From Basidiobolus meristosporus CBS 931.73 (lineage: Eukaryota > Fungi > Basidiobolomycota), in contig MCFE01000510.1 in the NCBI GenBank assembly GCA_002104905.1, positions 844-64,843 on the forward strand: a stretch of DNA of 64,000 nucleotides, in the 5' to 3' direction. The first letter of the stretch is position 1, and every line of letters begins with the position of its first letter. Positions 1 to 13,500 of this stretch are shown here, piece after piece. The notes below the pieces were generated by a model. That model saw only the letters and a program-made list of their open reading frames with translations, searched no databases and was not told the DNA's origin. The translations under genes and the position numbers were made by a program.

Positions 1-1542
1 TCCCAGGCACACTATGGCATCATTTGGCCCTCATGGCTCAATGTGGCACTATTCAACGGAACAAGTCTAATATATCTATTTCTGTCGGATAAGGATCTGC
101 TGATTCATTTGCTGACTAATGCTACTGATTTTATATATAATACCAATGTACTGATAACCTGAACATATACTAATTGATTTGACTAAAAACTGATCTAACT
201 TAAACATTCAAGTGGCAGATCAGAACAATAGATAACACTGCACCTGATTGCCTCATCAACACTTTAGGATGGACTGACCACCTACTTTCTGATATGGGAG
301 GTGGTGATGTTATGATGCCCACTTGCTGGTCTTTTACCAATGGTACTGCCTTTGCTATATTCTTATCTGGCTGATCATTATGGTGATCTGCAGATCTTCA
401 GAAATTCTTGATTGCATACTTAAATCTAAGCCTCCAAAGTCTGCATTATTACCTCCAGTAATTATAGCCCTGCTGGTTGTACTTAGTGTCAGAACAAGCT
501 GTTGTACTACCATTCTTCTGCTGATGTCAGCAGTGTAGTCTGGTTGGGAACCAAATGACTGCTATTTTTGGGTGGCATATATACAGATGTGAGTAACACT
601 AAAGGGGACTAGGTGTTACATTTACATGTACATGTGATGCCACAAATTTATTTATAATGCTTCTCATGGCAGGTTGTTAGTGATTCTTTCATTCATCTAA
701 GTGCAATATCTCAAACACTTGACTGTCTTAAGCTCACTTCAGTATTGACAAAAAAGTGATGTATTAGCATTGTTTTGTTGAGTGTTAGGATGTTTTCCAG
801 CAGTGAAGACTAACTTGATTCAATGCCATAAGAGAAGATAAGCATAGACAATAAAGCTATTTTATGAAAGCTTGCACCCTTGAGGCACACAAAGAGTATA
901 GGAAAGCTACAAGGATCACAGCCAATGTTTTGCCACACAAGTTGCATTTTGGTGTTCCTCAATTACTGCTGTACTAAGTATAACTTGCTAGCCACTTGAT
1001 ACCTTTATAATAGCACTCAGCCATACTTGTCTCATTGCACATACTGCATCAGGTGAGTTTGTGACCCATTTGGGCTCTCTTCAATCTTTGTAATATGGTA
1101 TACAGAGTGATAGCACTGAAAACAAAAGCACACCATTGGATTCTGAGCCTATTTCCTCTGATAACAGGACCCTGCACAAACCTTGACTATCCCAATATTC
1201 ACTGAGATGGCACATGTGGAATAAATGCCAATGATACTTTGTGGAGCCAAGTGAGCATAATGATCCATCTACTGCTTAATGTTATGAGGTTGTGCTTACA
1301 GAGGTGGCATGTTAACATTAATATTGGTAATAGGGGTGTGGAAGATCTACTATTACTCCTCTTCAAAATCATTCCAGATTGAAACTGACCATATAGACAG
1401 TACAAATGGAAACCATCATGTGACTGGCAGCATTTAACCCAGAGACCATCTGGATACCAGTTTGTGTTAACAGATGCATGCCATTCACATCAGAAAATGC
1501 CACCATAACAACACCACCATAGGAAGAAACAATTTTTCACAC
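1..1542. mobile_element. Degenerate, truncated copy of the CACTA/EnSpm element (accessory gene fragment on -, transposase N-terminal fragment on +)
   Basis: The + strand at ~1020-1542 translates, through stops and a frameshift, to NANDTLWSQVS..EDLLLLLFKIIP..AFNPETIWIPVCVN, colinear with ORF 17337..18305. The - strand at ~230-400 aligns at DNA level with ~18760-18910. The divergent two-gene layout matches the 8068-20923 element. Confidence 0.75.
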
Positions 1543-2611
1543 TGTAGTGGGATCACAGTAGCACCTACTGACAGATGTGCTCATTCCCATATTTCTACTT
1601 CCCTATTTCTCTAATACATTTATTTTAGTTTTATCCCATTTGTCTTACTTGAACAGTAATATCCCATAAGCTGGTTGACTATCTCACCAGCTTTCCTTAC
1701 TGCATAACTTATCCCTCACTCTATGTAGGATTACTAGCTCTAAGTGCTTCCATATTAGGCAAGTGCTCACGCCAGTACCCATGACAAATGATCAACCTGT
1801 GTCACCATCCCTACCATTTCTATACCATATGTGGTAACACTATGTTACACAGGTTTCAGGGTACTGATTCCTGATTGGTTGAGTTTGCTGTGCCTCTTAG
1901 AACCTCCCAGCACCTACTTAGAATACTCTTAGCTCACTCTGATGTCATTAAGATTTCTATGAACTCTGTACCCTTCTGAGACACTTAGATTAGTAATCAC
2001 TTAACCAGTGAGAAAGGTATATAAGGGAGGCAATCCCTCAACAGTAAATAATCATCCCTTTTATCAATATACCAACTTGACTGATTAGTGTGATCAGCTC
2101 TACCTGCTGCTACCTGTACTTCCAACCCCAGACCACAGGACACTCCCAAAAAACCATGCTGACAGCCAACTGACCTTGAAGGCACTACTTGTAAGGAATA
2201 CTCAGAGTAGGTATCTTCTATTATATTTAATTCTTTTCCAAGTTTGTTCTTATACAGGCAAAGATACTTTTCTGTCTTTGTAACTATAGACCACAGCTGC
2301 ATTCTTATCAAGTCCCTGCTGGTGGAGTTTACAGCTGTTTTGGCTTTGGAAGCTTTAGTACATTGTCATCTCAAAGGACACTAAACCCAGCACATACTTT
2401 TGTTAAGATGCCAACTAAGTTGGGGATTGTAGCTCAATAGTTTCTCTTGACTGGCTTGTAGCTTTGTTTCCCATCACATTAGATTAGAAACAGAACTCAA
2501 GTATTCCTAGCAAGCTTTTGCCAGAGGTTATTGCACCCAGTGAAAACCCCATACATAAAACACTTGAGAAGTGTTGGATGTATTTCTCCTTTGGACCTAT
2601 ACACCACCACC
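1543..2611 (+). mobile_element. Solo Ty3/Gypsy LTR (~1.07 kb), same family as 9328-10398
   Basis: Starts TGTAGTGGG, ends TATACACCACCAC(C), and is colinear with both LTRs of the full element. No target-site duplication (CACAC vs ATGAT). Confidence 0.9.
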
Positions 2612-4300
2612 ATGATCTGGATATAATAGACTTGTTCCATTGTACCATGCCAGGGTGCGCAGCACAATCTGCGGTCTTTAAGAGCAATCAGGTGTGATAT
2701 TGTTGCAACCAGTAGGCAGGATTGCTCTTGGACAATTTTGCACCATGTGGGACAATCGTGCACACTATGGCACAATCTGACATGATGAGGTTGGCACAAA
2801 TGATTGCGCCCACTTGTAATGTTTGCATCACATGCACAATTGGATACCGCTATCATGGAGGGTAAAATCTGGTATTTGAATATGTTTCTTTAATATTAAT
2901 GGAAATAAATGTGTATCACACTATAAATCACACTGATACTTACCATTTTGGCTACCATCACTCCAATTGGATGGTATCTCAGTAGTTGATTGATCCAAAA
3001 GTATCCTGAAGCTTTCAGCCCCCATTTGGCCCTTTGACCAATACACAAGCTACCTGATCTGCCATCAAATATCCCATTTTGCCCATTAAGCAAGTAAATC
3101 CCTCATCCTAGTGATTGGACAAGGTGTCATAGCTAGCATGCAACCAATTGTATGGGTGCAAATTGGATCAAATGGCTGCACTGATGCCACAGATGATGTA
3201 TACATATGCAGGGTGTTTATTTATAGGGGTCCTGTCTCAAATGTGAGACAACCTTAATATTGCTTATATCAGAAATTTAGTGATCACTAATCTGCAATGA
3301 CTTTATGCTGATTGCAAAAAAAAAATGCGTTGTTTGGATTATTACAAATAATAGCAATTCAATGCAATTGCATCATCTTCTCCTAGGCTTTTTTCTCCCA
3401 GGGATTACTACTCAAGCATTTGGTAGTGATTCACTTTGCACACCTAAGTTACATTCTTGCTGACTATCCTCTAGGGTACTTGTGTATTAGCAGTCTGTAT
3501 TTTGCCTCCTAGTTGATGACTGCAATGCTGCAGCTTGGCCACGCTGAATTGCTCCGGATGATGCAACAACATGGCCCTTGGCTGAGTTTGATGTGATGCT
3601 GCTTGCTGACGCAATTTGGCCTGCTCTAATGGACTTGTGTCTTTTTGAGCAGTTTGGCAGGTTCTGGTGGTTTTGCTCTGAAGCATGCGTGTTGACCCAA
3701 TATGTGTTGAGTCAATGCGGGGTGCTCTTGTGAAGGGTGTTGGCGTAGTTTGGACTGATGTGTGCCGGTGCGCTGAAGTTGCAAGGGATGGTAAGGAATC
3801 CAGCTAGGTGTACTGGTGTGATCTAGACAATGTTGCTTGTGGTCTGCATTCCTCCTCTTGAAGCTCACCTTCTGATTCCTCAAAGTATTCACTTACTCTG
3901 TGTCTAATACTTTGCAACTGTTGCCTGGATGAGTCCTGTGTATATTGCTCTTGGAAGCCCCTTAGCTCCACTGATATATCACATAATACATTAGTCACTT
4001 GAGGCAAAAACTCATTCAAAATTTCTTTGGTTCCCCAAGTCAAGGCACAAATGGACGTGTCCAGCCTGTACTGTGCAAATTGCGTGCAAAATTCTTCCTG
4101 TATGGCTTCCTCATCAAATCCCCTCACTCTCAGCTCATTCTTGATTTCAATATTTGTCTTGTTATATATCTTCTTACATACATCTGCTGGCATCTTGATG
4201 TAGAACTCATGACACAGCTTTCTACTCAGGTTCTTCCATCTCTGTCAACTCTTGGAGGTATCTGGTTCTGCTAGATTAATGAGTAGTGCCCAAATATCTG
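2612..4300 (-). pseudogene. Degenerate TE-associated coding region, possibly a CACTA-type accessory gene
   Basis: ORF 3804..4193 (..LTWGTKEILNEFL..) is followed by a Q/A/T-rich low-complexity region, and the frames are broken by stops. The layout loosely resembles ORF 18731..19561. The family is not identified. Confidence 0.35.
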
Positions 4301-4607
4301 TATGAAGGCTCATCATAGACACTTGGGCAATACTGAATTCATTTGGCAAGAACTCAAACAGATCCTACATTGCCTTTTCCGGTTTGGACTGCACTTGTGA
4401 GCTGGGGGATGGGTTTTGTCTGGGTTGAACCAAAGTTGAGTTGAGACTTGGTATAGGGACCATGGTGCTGGATTTGAATACTTATACAGTAGTGTATTGG
4501 CGTCAACCTGGTCTTATATGAAATATATGTGAGAACTAATGTGATTGTTGAATTTTCAATATATTATGTATGATGCATCTTGGATTGCATTGACAGTGGA
4601 CTTTACA

Positions 4608-4765
4608 CTAAAGCGGTGCCTAAAGGGGCTTCTTTTGAGTAAAGGAGTTTCTTAAAAGGGTCTTTAAAGGGGTCTTTAGACTAAAGGGGTGTCTAAAGGG
4701 GTCTTTAGACTAAAGGGGTGTCTAAAGGGGTGTCTTTAGAGTAAAGGGGTTTCTTAGAGGGGACT
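4608..4765. repeat. Degenerate G-rich minisatellite (core CTAAAGGGGT)
   Basis: Multiple TAAAGGGG units, including a perfect 29-bp tandem duplication GTCTTTAGACTAAAGGGGTGTCTAAAGGG at 4672-4700 and 4701-4729. Confidence 0.85.
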
Positions 4766-5539
4766 TCTCTGACAGAGAAGTAGTAATTTTCTTGTAGAAC
4801 TTAGATTGGAATCTTGTGAGCTTTGCAGTCTCTTTACTGATGTAGTGTCAATCAAAGTCAAAATACTCAACAGTGCAAGTGATGCAGGGGAAGTCTTACA
4901 ACCTTTAAACTTGTAATTGTAGTGTGGAGATTCTGGAAAGAGAGGCTCTCCCTTTATTTTTCAGCTGGGAAAGTCAAATATATGAAATATTTGAAGGATC
5001 AAAGTTTTTGGGCAATTGCGCAAGCAATACATGTGATACAAAGCTCAAATTTTGCAGTGGTGCAGATTGGACATAGGCGCAGCTCCTGTGAGAATGTCAC
5101 ATGATATGATTGGCAGGTTGGAAAGCTACATGTGATCAAAGTCACCATAGTGATCCTAGCAATAAGGCATAGTATATATAATAATTGGACTCTTTTGGTC
5201 ATAACTCCTTAAGTACTGCTACAAATGAGCTGTAATTTAAAACATGTGTTGGCAACTACATATTCTGTATGACATAATATTCTTGAGTGGATTGCTTGTC
5301 AGGGTCTGGAGCATTTGTTCTTCAAAGTTGGAAATTCTTGATCTTTCACTTGTGTATTACAATATCAAAAGCAAAATAAGGAAATGAGTGCAATATTGGT
5401 TTAGAGATATTGTAGTAATGGAATACTTTCCATTACCACAAATCATCTCAGCCCAATCCCTTCCAATTTTAATACAACTTACCCATTTGAATGGTCTTTT
5501 CTCATCAATCCCATCACTACCACTGGATTTCCTATTGAC

Positions 5540-6349
5540 ATGCTAGAGGAGATCTATACCAAGTGCTGTGGTCCATCTACCTCAATCTACTCAAGGAGAT
5601 CCCTTGTTAAGCTTCTCTGCTATTACAAGAACTATTGCCCTACAAGGTTTCATCCCACCATCCATGGCAACAAAAGTCCTAGAAACTTTCATTCTCAGCT
5701 GACAGCAATGGAGAACCACCTTGCAGAGGGTATGAATGACATAGAGCAAGCTTGGAGCACTAGGTTTAGAAGCTCCAATAAACTTCCATATCCCAGAGTG
5801 TTCAGCAACAGGTTCCAAATAAGGAGTATTTTGGATATCTTCCCAGTCAGGATTAACAGACCTTCTAGAGGGCAGAGGCACTTTTATTCTGGCAAGTACA
5901 AGGCATACTGTGTGAACTTTCAAGCACTGTCTGACATTGAGGGTAACATTATCTGGTTTAGTCAGCCATTTGCTGGAAGTAGTCATGACAAAGCACTCTG
6001 GGCAGAGAATCATCCAGAATTCAGTAGAGGGGAAAAATGTATGGCAGACTTAGCTTATATAAGAGAGGATTATCAGAGATTAGGATGTATTACAGCTTAT
6101 AGGAAGCCAAGGAATGGTGTGCTTAGCAGGAAGCAGAAGCTCTACAATGAGATATTTAATCATTTCAGAGTGAGGGTAGAGAATACACTTGGATACCTGA
6201 AGAGATTCAGCATATTGGCAGGTAAATACAGAGGAAAGTTGTATATAGGAGAACTCAGCAGCATAGGCAAAATAGTTAAGATACTTATCAATGCAGTACA
6301 TTTGTACAAGAAGACATCCACTGAGAGAAATGTGTCTGGAGCATTATGA
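5540..6349 (+). CDS. DDE_Tnp_4-type transposase (PIF/Harbinger-ISL2EU/IS5-like)
   Basis: Motifs ILD..V.INRPS, FYSGKYK, GSSHD, MADLAY, KP....LS..QK.YN and RVRVEN..G.LK.F.IL are typical of DDE_Tnp_4. The frame is open for 269 aa. No TIRs were found. Confidence 0.85.
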   Translation: MLEEIYTKCCGPSTSIYSRRSLVKLLCYYKNYCPTRFHPTIHGNKSPRNFHSQLTAMENHLAEGMNDIEQAWSTRFRSSNKLPYPRVFSNRFQIRSILDIFPVRINRPSRGQRHFYSGKYKAYCVNFQALSDIEGNIIWFSQPFAGSSHDKALWAENHPEFSRGEKCMADLAYIREDYQRLGCITAYRKPRNGVLSRKQKLYNEIFNHFRVRVENTLGYLKRFSILAGKYRGKLYIGELSSIGKIVKILINAVHLYKKTSTERNVSGAL

Positions 6350-6402
6350 AGAGTAAATAAAGCAAGGAAAACACTACTCTGAGCAACATAAGTAAGATTG
6401 AT

Positions 6403-7299
6403 TATTGAGCTACAATCCCCAACTTGGTTGGCATCTTAACCAAAGTATGTGCTGGGTTCAGCATCCTTTGAGATGACAATGTACTAAAGCTTCCAAAGTC
6501 AAAACAACTGTAAACTCCACCAGCAGGGACTTGATAAGTATGCAGCTGTGGTCAATAGTTACAAAGACAGAAAAGTATATTTGCCTGTACAAGAACAAAC
6601 TTGGGAAAGAGTCAACTATAATAAAAGATACCTACTCTGAGTATTCCTCACAAGTAGTGCCTCCAAGGTTAGTTGGCTGTCAGTACAGTTTCCTGGGAGT
6701 GTCCTATGGTCTGGGGTTGGAAGTTCAGGTAACAGCAGGTTGCAGTGATCACACTAATCAGCAAGTTGGAATATTGATAAAAGGGATAATGATTTATTGT
6801 TGAAGGATAGCCTCCCTTATATACTTTTCTTACTGGCTAAGAGATTACTAATCATGGTGTTCTAGAAGGTTCCAGATGTCAATAGAAATCTTAATGGCAT
6901 TGGAATGACCTAAGAATGATCTAACTAGGTGTTGGAAGGTTCTAAGAGGCTCAGTAGATCCAACTAAATGGGTATCAGTACTCTGAAACCTGTGTAACAT
7001 GGGGATACCACATATGGTATGAAAATGGTAGGGATGGTGACTCGGGTTGATCATGTGTCAAGGTACTGGTACGGGTACTTGCCTAATATAGAAGCACTTA
7101 TAGAGAGAAATCTTACATAAAGTGAGGGATAACTTATGCAATAAGGTAAGCTGGTGTGATAGTCAACCAGCTTATGGGATAGTACTGATCAGGTAAGACA
7201 AATCTGATAAAACTAAAATAAGTCTAGTAGAGATATAGGGAAGTAGAGAATATGGGAATGAGCACATCTGTCAGTGGGTGTTGCTGTTACCCCACTACA
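6403..7299 (-). mobile_element. 3' LTR (truncated at its 3' end) of a minus-strand Gypsy copy
   Basis: Reverse complement of the LTR beginning TGTAGTGGGG at 7299, with the polypurine tract (AAGCTGAGGGGGGTGGTGAA on -) adjacent at 7300-7320. Homology stops near 6403. Confidence 0.9.
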
Positions 7300-8067
7300 T
7301 TCACCACCCCCCTCAGCTTTGAGCTTGAGTCAAAGAAAACTAATCTTGATGTGCAAAATTCCTATGCTTGAATAACTTAAGTTGGTTTCCTGCAACTGGT
7401 CCTCTCAACTGGGTGTTGTCAAGCTCAGATATGTAATAATTTCCATTTCCAATCACTTTGGAAATGATGTAGGGGCCAGTCCATTTGTTGTCACACTTCT
7501 GACTCCGTTGTTTGTCCATGGTGGAATAATAGAGTAATACTGGGTCTCCTAGTGATAGTGGTTTTGATCTTGTTGAGTGTGATGTGTCAAAGGGCACCTT
7601 GTTCTTCAGTTGTGTATCCTTAAGTTGTTCAGCAGCTCTGCTGATACTCAGGTCATGGTGATCAAGCTGCTGTATGCAAGTTGCAAGGAGGTCTTCAGTC
7701 TGCATATTGGATCTCCAATTCAATGAGTTCCAAGTGACTGTGTTTAACTCAACTGGTAGTATTCAGTCATGTCCATAGAGTAGCTTGAATGGCAATAATC
7801 CAGTTGTTCTCTTGGTAGTAATTCTATCTGCCCAGAGTGCAAGATGCAATTGCTGTGCCACAGTGTTGTGTTATTCTCAGAGGTCTTGACAAGAGAGTTC
7901 ACCAATGGTCCATGTCCTCTCTCTATCATTCCATTAGCTTAAGGGTGGTAAGCTGTTGTAAAAACAATGTGTATCTTGTACTTTGAGTGCAACTCCTGGA
8001 TCATATGGGATGTCATCTCTCCTCTGTCCACAATAAACTGTTGTATGCAGCCAAATCTGCAGATAAT
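7300..8067 (-). pseudogene. Gypsy integrase C-terminal fragment
   Basis: ORFs 7340..7723 and 7744..7929 (KWTGPYII, GPLVNSLVKT) align with 14650-15394. The fragment is cut at 8067 by the CACTA TIR. Confidence 0.9.
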
Positions 8068-10402
8068 CCCTATGAAAAATAATTTGGTCCCGCGGGTGGA
8101 TCCAATCCAGGTCATCCGTCACAATCCTGTTTAGAGACTGTCATAATAACAGCAGCTTGGAATTAGTGACCCTCCTGACAATCTTATAATGCAATCATGA
8201 CAGTGTTTTGCAAATTTTACAGCCAAATAAAGGGGTAAAACTTGACAATTTTTGATTAGTGCTGTGGCAATATTTGCATGGTATTGTTGCGGTCTTTCAG
8301 CACTATATTACTATTTAAAGTGGATCCCGTTGGCAAGGACTTCCAATTGCCTTATATGGCTAGAAACTTGAAAGTGTTTTGACGGCCTCACAGCAAGACT
8401 CCAATGGCTATTTCTTGGCAGTATGACAGCCTGCTGCTGGTTCTGTATAATGCTACCGTACCAACTTACCAAATGGTATTTCCTTTTTCTACCTCCCCTT
8501 GTGCAATTCATATATTCCACTGTAGAATCACCTTTGTTTATTTGCTTACCCACTACTACCTTGGGTGTTCCACATATAGTTTGAATCAAAAAAACTATGG
8601 CCTTCTGCTTACTAACCTCTACAAACGCACACACCTGCCACAACTGACATACTTCTATCACCTTAACTTTATGGCTTTTTAGTGTGATACTTGCAAAGTT
8701 GCCATATACCTTGTACTGCTGGTAGCATATACATCTTGCAAACATATGCTTGGTTGTTGCCACTTCTGCCACAAATACCTCCTGAATATTGGCAAAGAAC
8801 TTCTTGGTATTTAGCCAATATATTCCTTCTCCCTGCTGAATTCTAGTCCCCATTATAGGTGCGCTCTAGCTTTTGTTTGTGTGAGTTCCGTATTGAATGG
8901 TGTAGAAGTTAGCTTGTGACCACAAGAAAACTGGCATATCTTGGTGGAGTTTTCCTGATAAAAATTAGTTGCTTGTTGCACCCAACCCAACTTTGCATTA
9001 CTTAACTGATTACCCACGCATTGGAGCTGCTTAGCTTCTTAATGCCATAGGCATAGGTGTCTTCATGTGCACATTTGTCCTCAGTATTTTCCAAATCTTT
9101 CTGGCTGTCCTCCATGTGCCAACTCATCATATCCATGATGGACTTGAAGGTAATATTCTTGATGAGATTGGGATATGGTAGTACCTACAACTTGACTTGT
9201 CTTCCTATCTCCCCACACATCCGCTCCATAGGAAACTCCCAAAAGGTGAAGCAAGGCCCAATATTCTCCACACACCATGCAAGATGGAGTAGAGAATGGA
9301 TACAGTAGTGGCAGAGATCTATATTGTTGTAGTGGGGTGACAGTGACACCCACTGACAGATGTGTTCATTCCCTTATTTTCTACTTCCCTATATCTCTAC
9401 TACACTTATTTTAGTTTTATCCCATTTGTCTTACCAAATCAGTACTATCCCATAAGCCAGTTGACTATCACACCTGCTTACCTTATTGCATAAGTTACCC
9501 CTCACTTTATGTAAGATTACTAGCTATTAGTACTTCTATATTAGGCAAGTACCCGCACCAGTACCCATGAGACATGATCAACCTGTGTCACCAACCCTAC
9601 CATTTCCATACCATATATGGTATCCCCATGTTACATAGGTTTCAGAATACTGAATCCTGATTGGTTGGATGTGCTGTGCCTCTTAGAACCTTCTGGCACC
9701 TACTTAGAACATTCTTAGGTCATTCTGATGTCATTAAGATTTCTATTGATATCCCAAACCTTCTGGAACACCATGATTAGTAATCACTTAGCCAGTAAGA
9801 AAAGTATATGAGAGAGGCTATCCCTTAACAATAAATCATCATCCCTTTTATCAATATACCAACTTGTTGATTAGTGTGATCACTGCTACCTGCTGCTACC
9901 TGAACTTCCAACCCCAGACCACAGGACACTCCCAGGAAACCATGCTGACAGCCAACTGACCTTGGAGGCACTACTTGTGAGGAATACTCAGAGTAGGTAT
10001 CTTTTATTATAGTTGACTCTTTCCCAAGTTTGTTCTTGTAAAGGCAAATATACTTTTCTGTCTTTGTAACTATTGACCACAGCTGCATTCTTATCAAGTC
10101 CCTGCTGGTGGAGTTAACAGTTGTTTTGACTTTGGAAGCTTTAGTACATTGTCATCTCAAAGGATGCTGAACCCAGCACATACTTTTGTTAAGATGCCAA
10201 CTAAGTTGAGGATTGTAGCTCAATAGTTTTACCTTGACAAGCTTGTGGCTTTATTCCCCTTCACATTGGATTAGAGACAGAGCCCAAGTATTCCTAGCAA
10301 GCTTTTGCCAGAGGTTATTGCACCCAGTGAACACCCCACACACAAAACACTTGAGAAGTGTTGGATGTATATCTCCCTTGGACCTATACACCACCACATA
10401 TT

Positions 10403-10419
10403 TGGCACCCAACATGAGG
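10403..10419 (+). promoter_or_regulatory. Primer-binding site, tRNA-Lys-like
   Basis: TGGCACCCAACATGAGG lies 4 nt after the 5' LTR. It differs from the known tRNA-Lys PBS TGGCGCCCAACGTGGGG by three G>A changes, two of them at CpG. Confidence 0.7.
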
Positions 10420-10538
10420 GGTACATACAAGCTCCCTAGGACCCAACAAGATTTACCTGAAGATTTGAGCTGTTATCCACCTATTGAAAAGAGACTACCA
10501 ATATTACCAAGATTACAACACCAACCCACCTGCCCAAA

Positions 10539-13500
10539 ATGATGAACTCTATGCCATCACCACTCTCACATGGAGCCCCACAGTTTGATGGAAAGAATGT
10601 GGAAAGCTTCATATTCAAATGGGAGAAGCTCTGCAAGATGTGCAGCCTATCTGAACAAGAAATGGCTGAAGACTTCCCCAACTACTGCATCAATGATATT
10701 ACCACTGAGCTTCTCAGACAAGGAGACATTCTCACTGGCTGGGCCTTAATGAAGACCTACCTACAGACCGACTATGGTAGACCCCAGATATACTATGGAA
10801 TTGAAGACCCCAGGCACTTTGGAAGAACTGGACTTTCCAAGCTACCACTTGAAGAGTTCATTCAACAGTATGAAGATATGGCCAAGCCACTCCTAGAGTC
10901 CCAGGCTATAACTGAGTTTACCATGACACTTTACCTTGTACAAGGGCTTCCCCAGGACTTGGCAAGGAAAGTTGACTTACATGCAGCCAAGGATGACAAG
11001 TCTGGCATTCCTTGCTTTGCAGAGATGAACCGTGTTCTCCAAGAGGCAAAGCAAACTTCTACCTTTATGAGACTCCTGACATCTAATCTGCCAGACCAGT
11101 CAACCAAGGAGTCAAGGAGTGCTGCTGCTGACAATCAGACCTACATTACCAACAGAATTGACCAACTTGCTGAACTGCTACAAAAGCTAGCCCTCAAGAT
11201 TAATGGCTCAGCTGAGGTTGCTACTGAGGGACAAAGACCTTTGCCCAGGCACTGCATCTGGTGTGACTCTACTCAGCATGCCAGACAAGAATGCTCAGAG
11301 CTTAGTCAGCTACTCAGAGAAGGAGCAGTACAGTTTGATGCTGATGGAATGCTTGCTGACAAGGAAGGAAGAAGGATTCCCACTAATTTCCAAAGAGGAG
11401 GGATGAGAGCCCTTTTCCAGAAATCTGACTCAGCAACCAGAAAGATTACTGTTGATGCCCCTATTGGGACTCATAAAGTGAGTCCAAGCAGCCCTGACAA
11501 CATACAATACAAAGTTGATGTCTTTGCTACCAAAAGACACCTCCCTGAAAAACCTGCCAAACCCATCCTTAGAAGACCACAATTTGAAGAACCTGAAATT
11601 GTTATTGACAAGAGGCCTAGTATGCTGCCCACCCAAGATCCATTGCCTCACTTTCAGATGACCTCTAAGATAGCAAGCTACTCAAGCCCTCAACTGACTA
11701 CTGAGAAGTTGCTGAAGCAGAACCTCACTTTGTCGGTTGGAGAAATCATGAGTGTATCCCCATCTGTTAGGAAGACCTTTGATGAGCAGCTTAGAACAAG
11801 ACTACAAGCTGTTGAACATATGGACACCCATATAATTCAGACAAGCCATAAAGACCACTAAAAGGATGATAACACTACTGAATATAAGACCTTTTACTCA
11901 GTTGCAACTGCTGTGGTGAAAGGGTATATATATGATGACCCTGTTGACTGCCATATTGACAGTGGCTCAGAGATTTGTGTTATGCTGCTAGACTTCTGGA
12001 AGACACTTAAAAGCAAGGAGCTACTGCCTGTTGATAGAGATATTGGATGGAACATGACCAATGCAAACTCAGGATCTAGTCCACTCTATGGTGTAGTACA
12101 CAAGTTCCCTATTAAGGTACAAGGAATCAAGGTCTGACTTCCCCTCTTCATCTGCCAGAAGGCAAACTTTGACCTTCTGCTAGGTAGACCATGTGAAACC
12201 AGTACTAAGGCTACAACTACCAACTATTCCAATGGGTCAGTATGGTACACCATACAAGGATCCAGTCCAGGACTACAGTCAACCTTCTGTGGTGTAAAAA
12301 CCAACAATAAGAGGACACATACTGCTTGCCAGAAGGCACATCTTGTTATGGAAGAAGATGAAGAGCCTGACAATATACACCCCAACACTTGGAGCTGCTC
12401 CTTAGGTATACAGGAGCAAACAGCTATGGTTCAAACAAAATGCAAGACAGTAGAACAGAAGATTAGACCATCACTTACCCCATTGACTGATGGATCTTGA
12501 CCCGCTGATTACATTAGACCACCAGAAGAAACACCAGAAGATATATGGCTTACACCTGAGAGACTTAAGCAACTTATCATTGGTGATGGAAACCTAACAC
12601 CAGAGGAGATACTATTACTCAAGGAGACCTTGAAAAGGCATGATAAGGTCTTCTCATATAATGACAAGCAGATGGGACTCTTAAAGACATTGGTTGAAAA
12701 ACCCATGAAGATTCATACAGTGCCCCACACACCCTGGTCATTTAAGCCTTACCTACTGCCCAGAGGACTCCAAGCTGATGTGCATGACCTACTTAAGAAG
12801 AAGATAGAAGCTGGTATCCTAGAACCTTGCCATGGACCCTATGCTAACAGATGGTTTGTGATCAAAAAGAAGAATGGAAAGCTCCGATTCATTCAAGACA
12901 TGCAACTTGCTAATGCTGTCACTATCAGAGATGCTGCTATACCTCCATCTATTGATGACTTTGCAGAAAGCTTTAGTGACCACTCCATCTATTCAACATA
13001 TGATCTCTACTCAGGATATGACCAGATCCCCCTTGGTGAGACATCAAGAGATATGTTTGCACTACAGACACCGTTTGGACTGTTAAGGATGATAAGACTC
13101 AGCCAAGGGGCTACAAACTCTGTGGCTCAGTTCCAGAGATGCATAGTAAATGTGCTGTATCAGTTTATACCTGAGAAACTTGCTGTCTTTGTGGATGACA
13201 TAGGCATCAAAGGACCAAAATTTGGGACACCACTGAAGTTATGCCTGGAGTAAGAAAGTTTGTCTATGACCATATTGCAGACAATGATGCCATATTAGGA
13301 GCCATTGAAGAAGCTGGACTCACCATCAGTGGTGAGAAAAGCAGCTTTGGTGTATCAGAGATATCCATTGTTGGACAAAAATGCAACACCTTTGGTTGTT
13401 CACCTGGAGACTCCAAGACACAAAAGATATGCAACTGGCCTACCCCCCCAAATCCCACACAAGCTCATGGCTTTGTGGCTGCTTGTGGGTTCTTTAGGAT

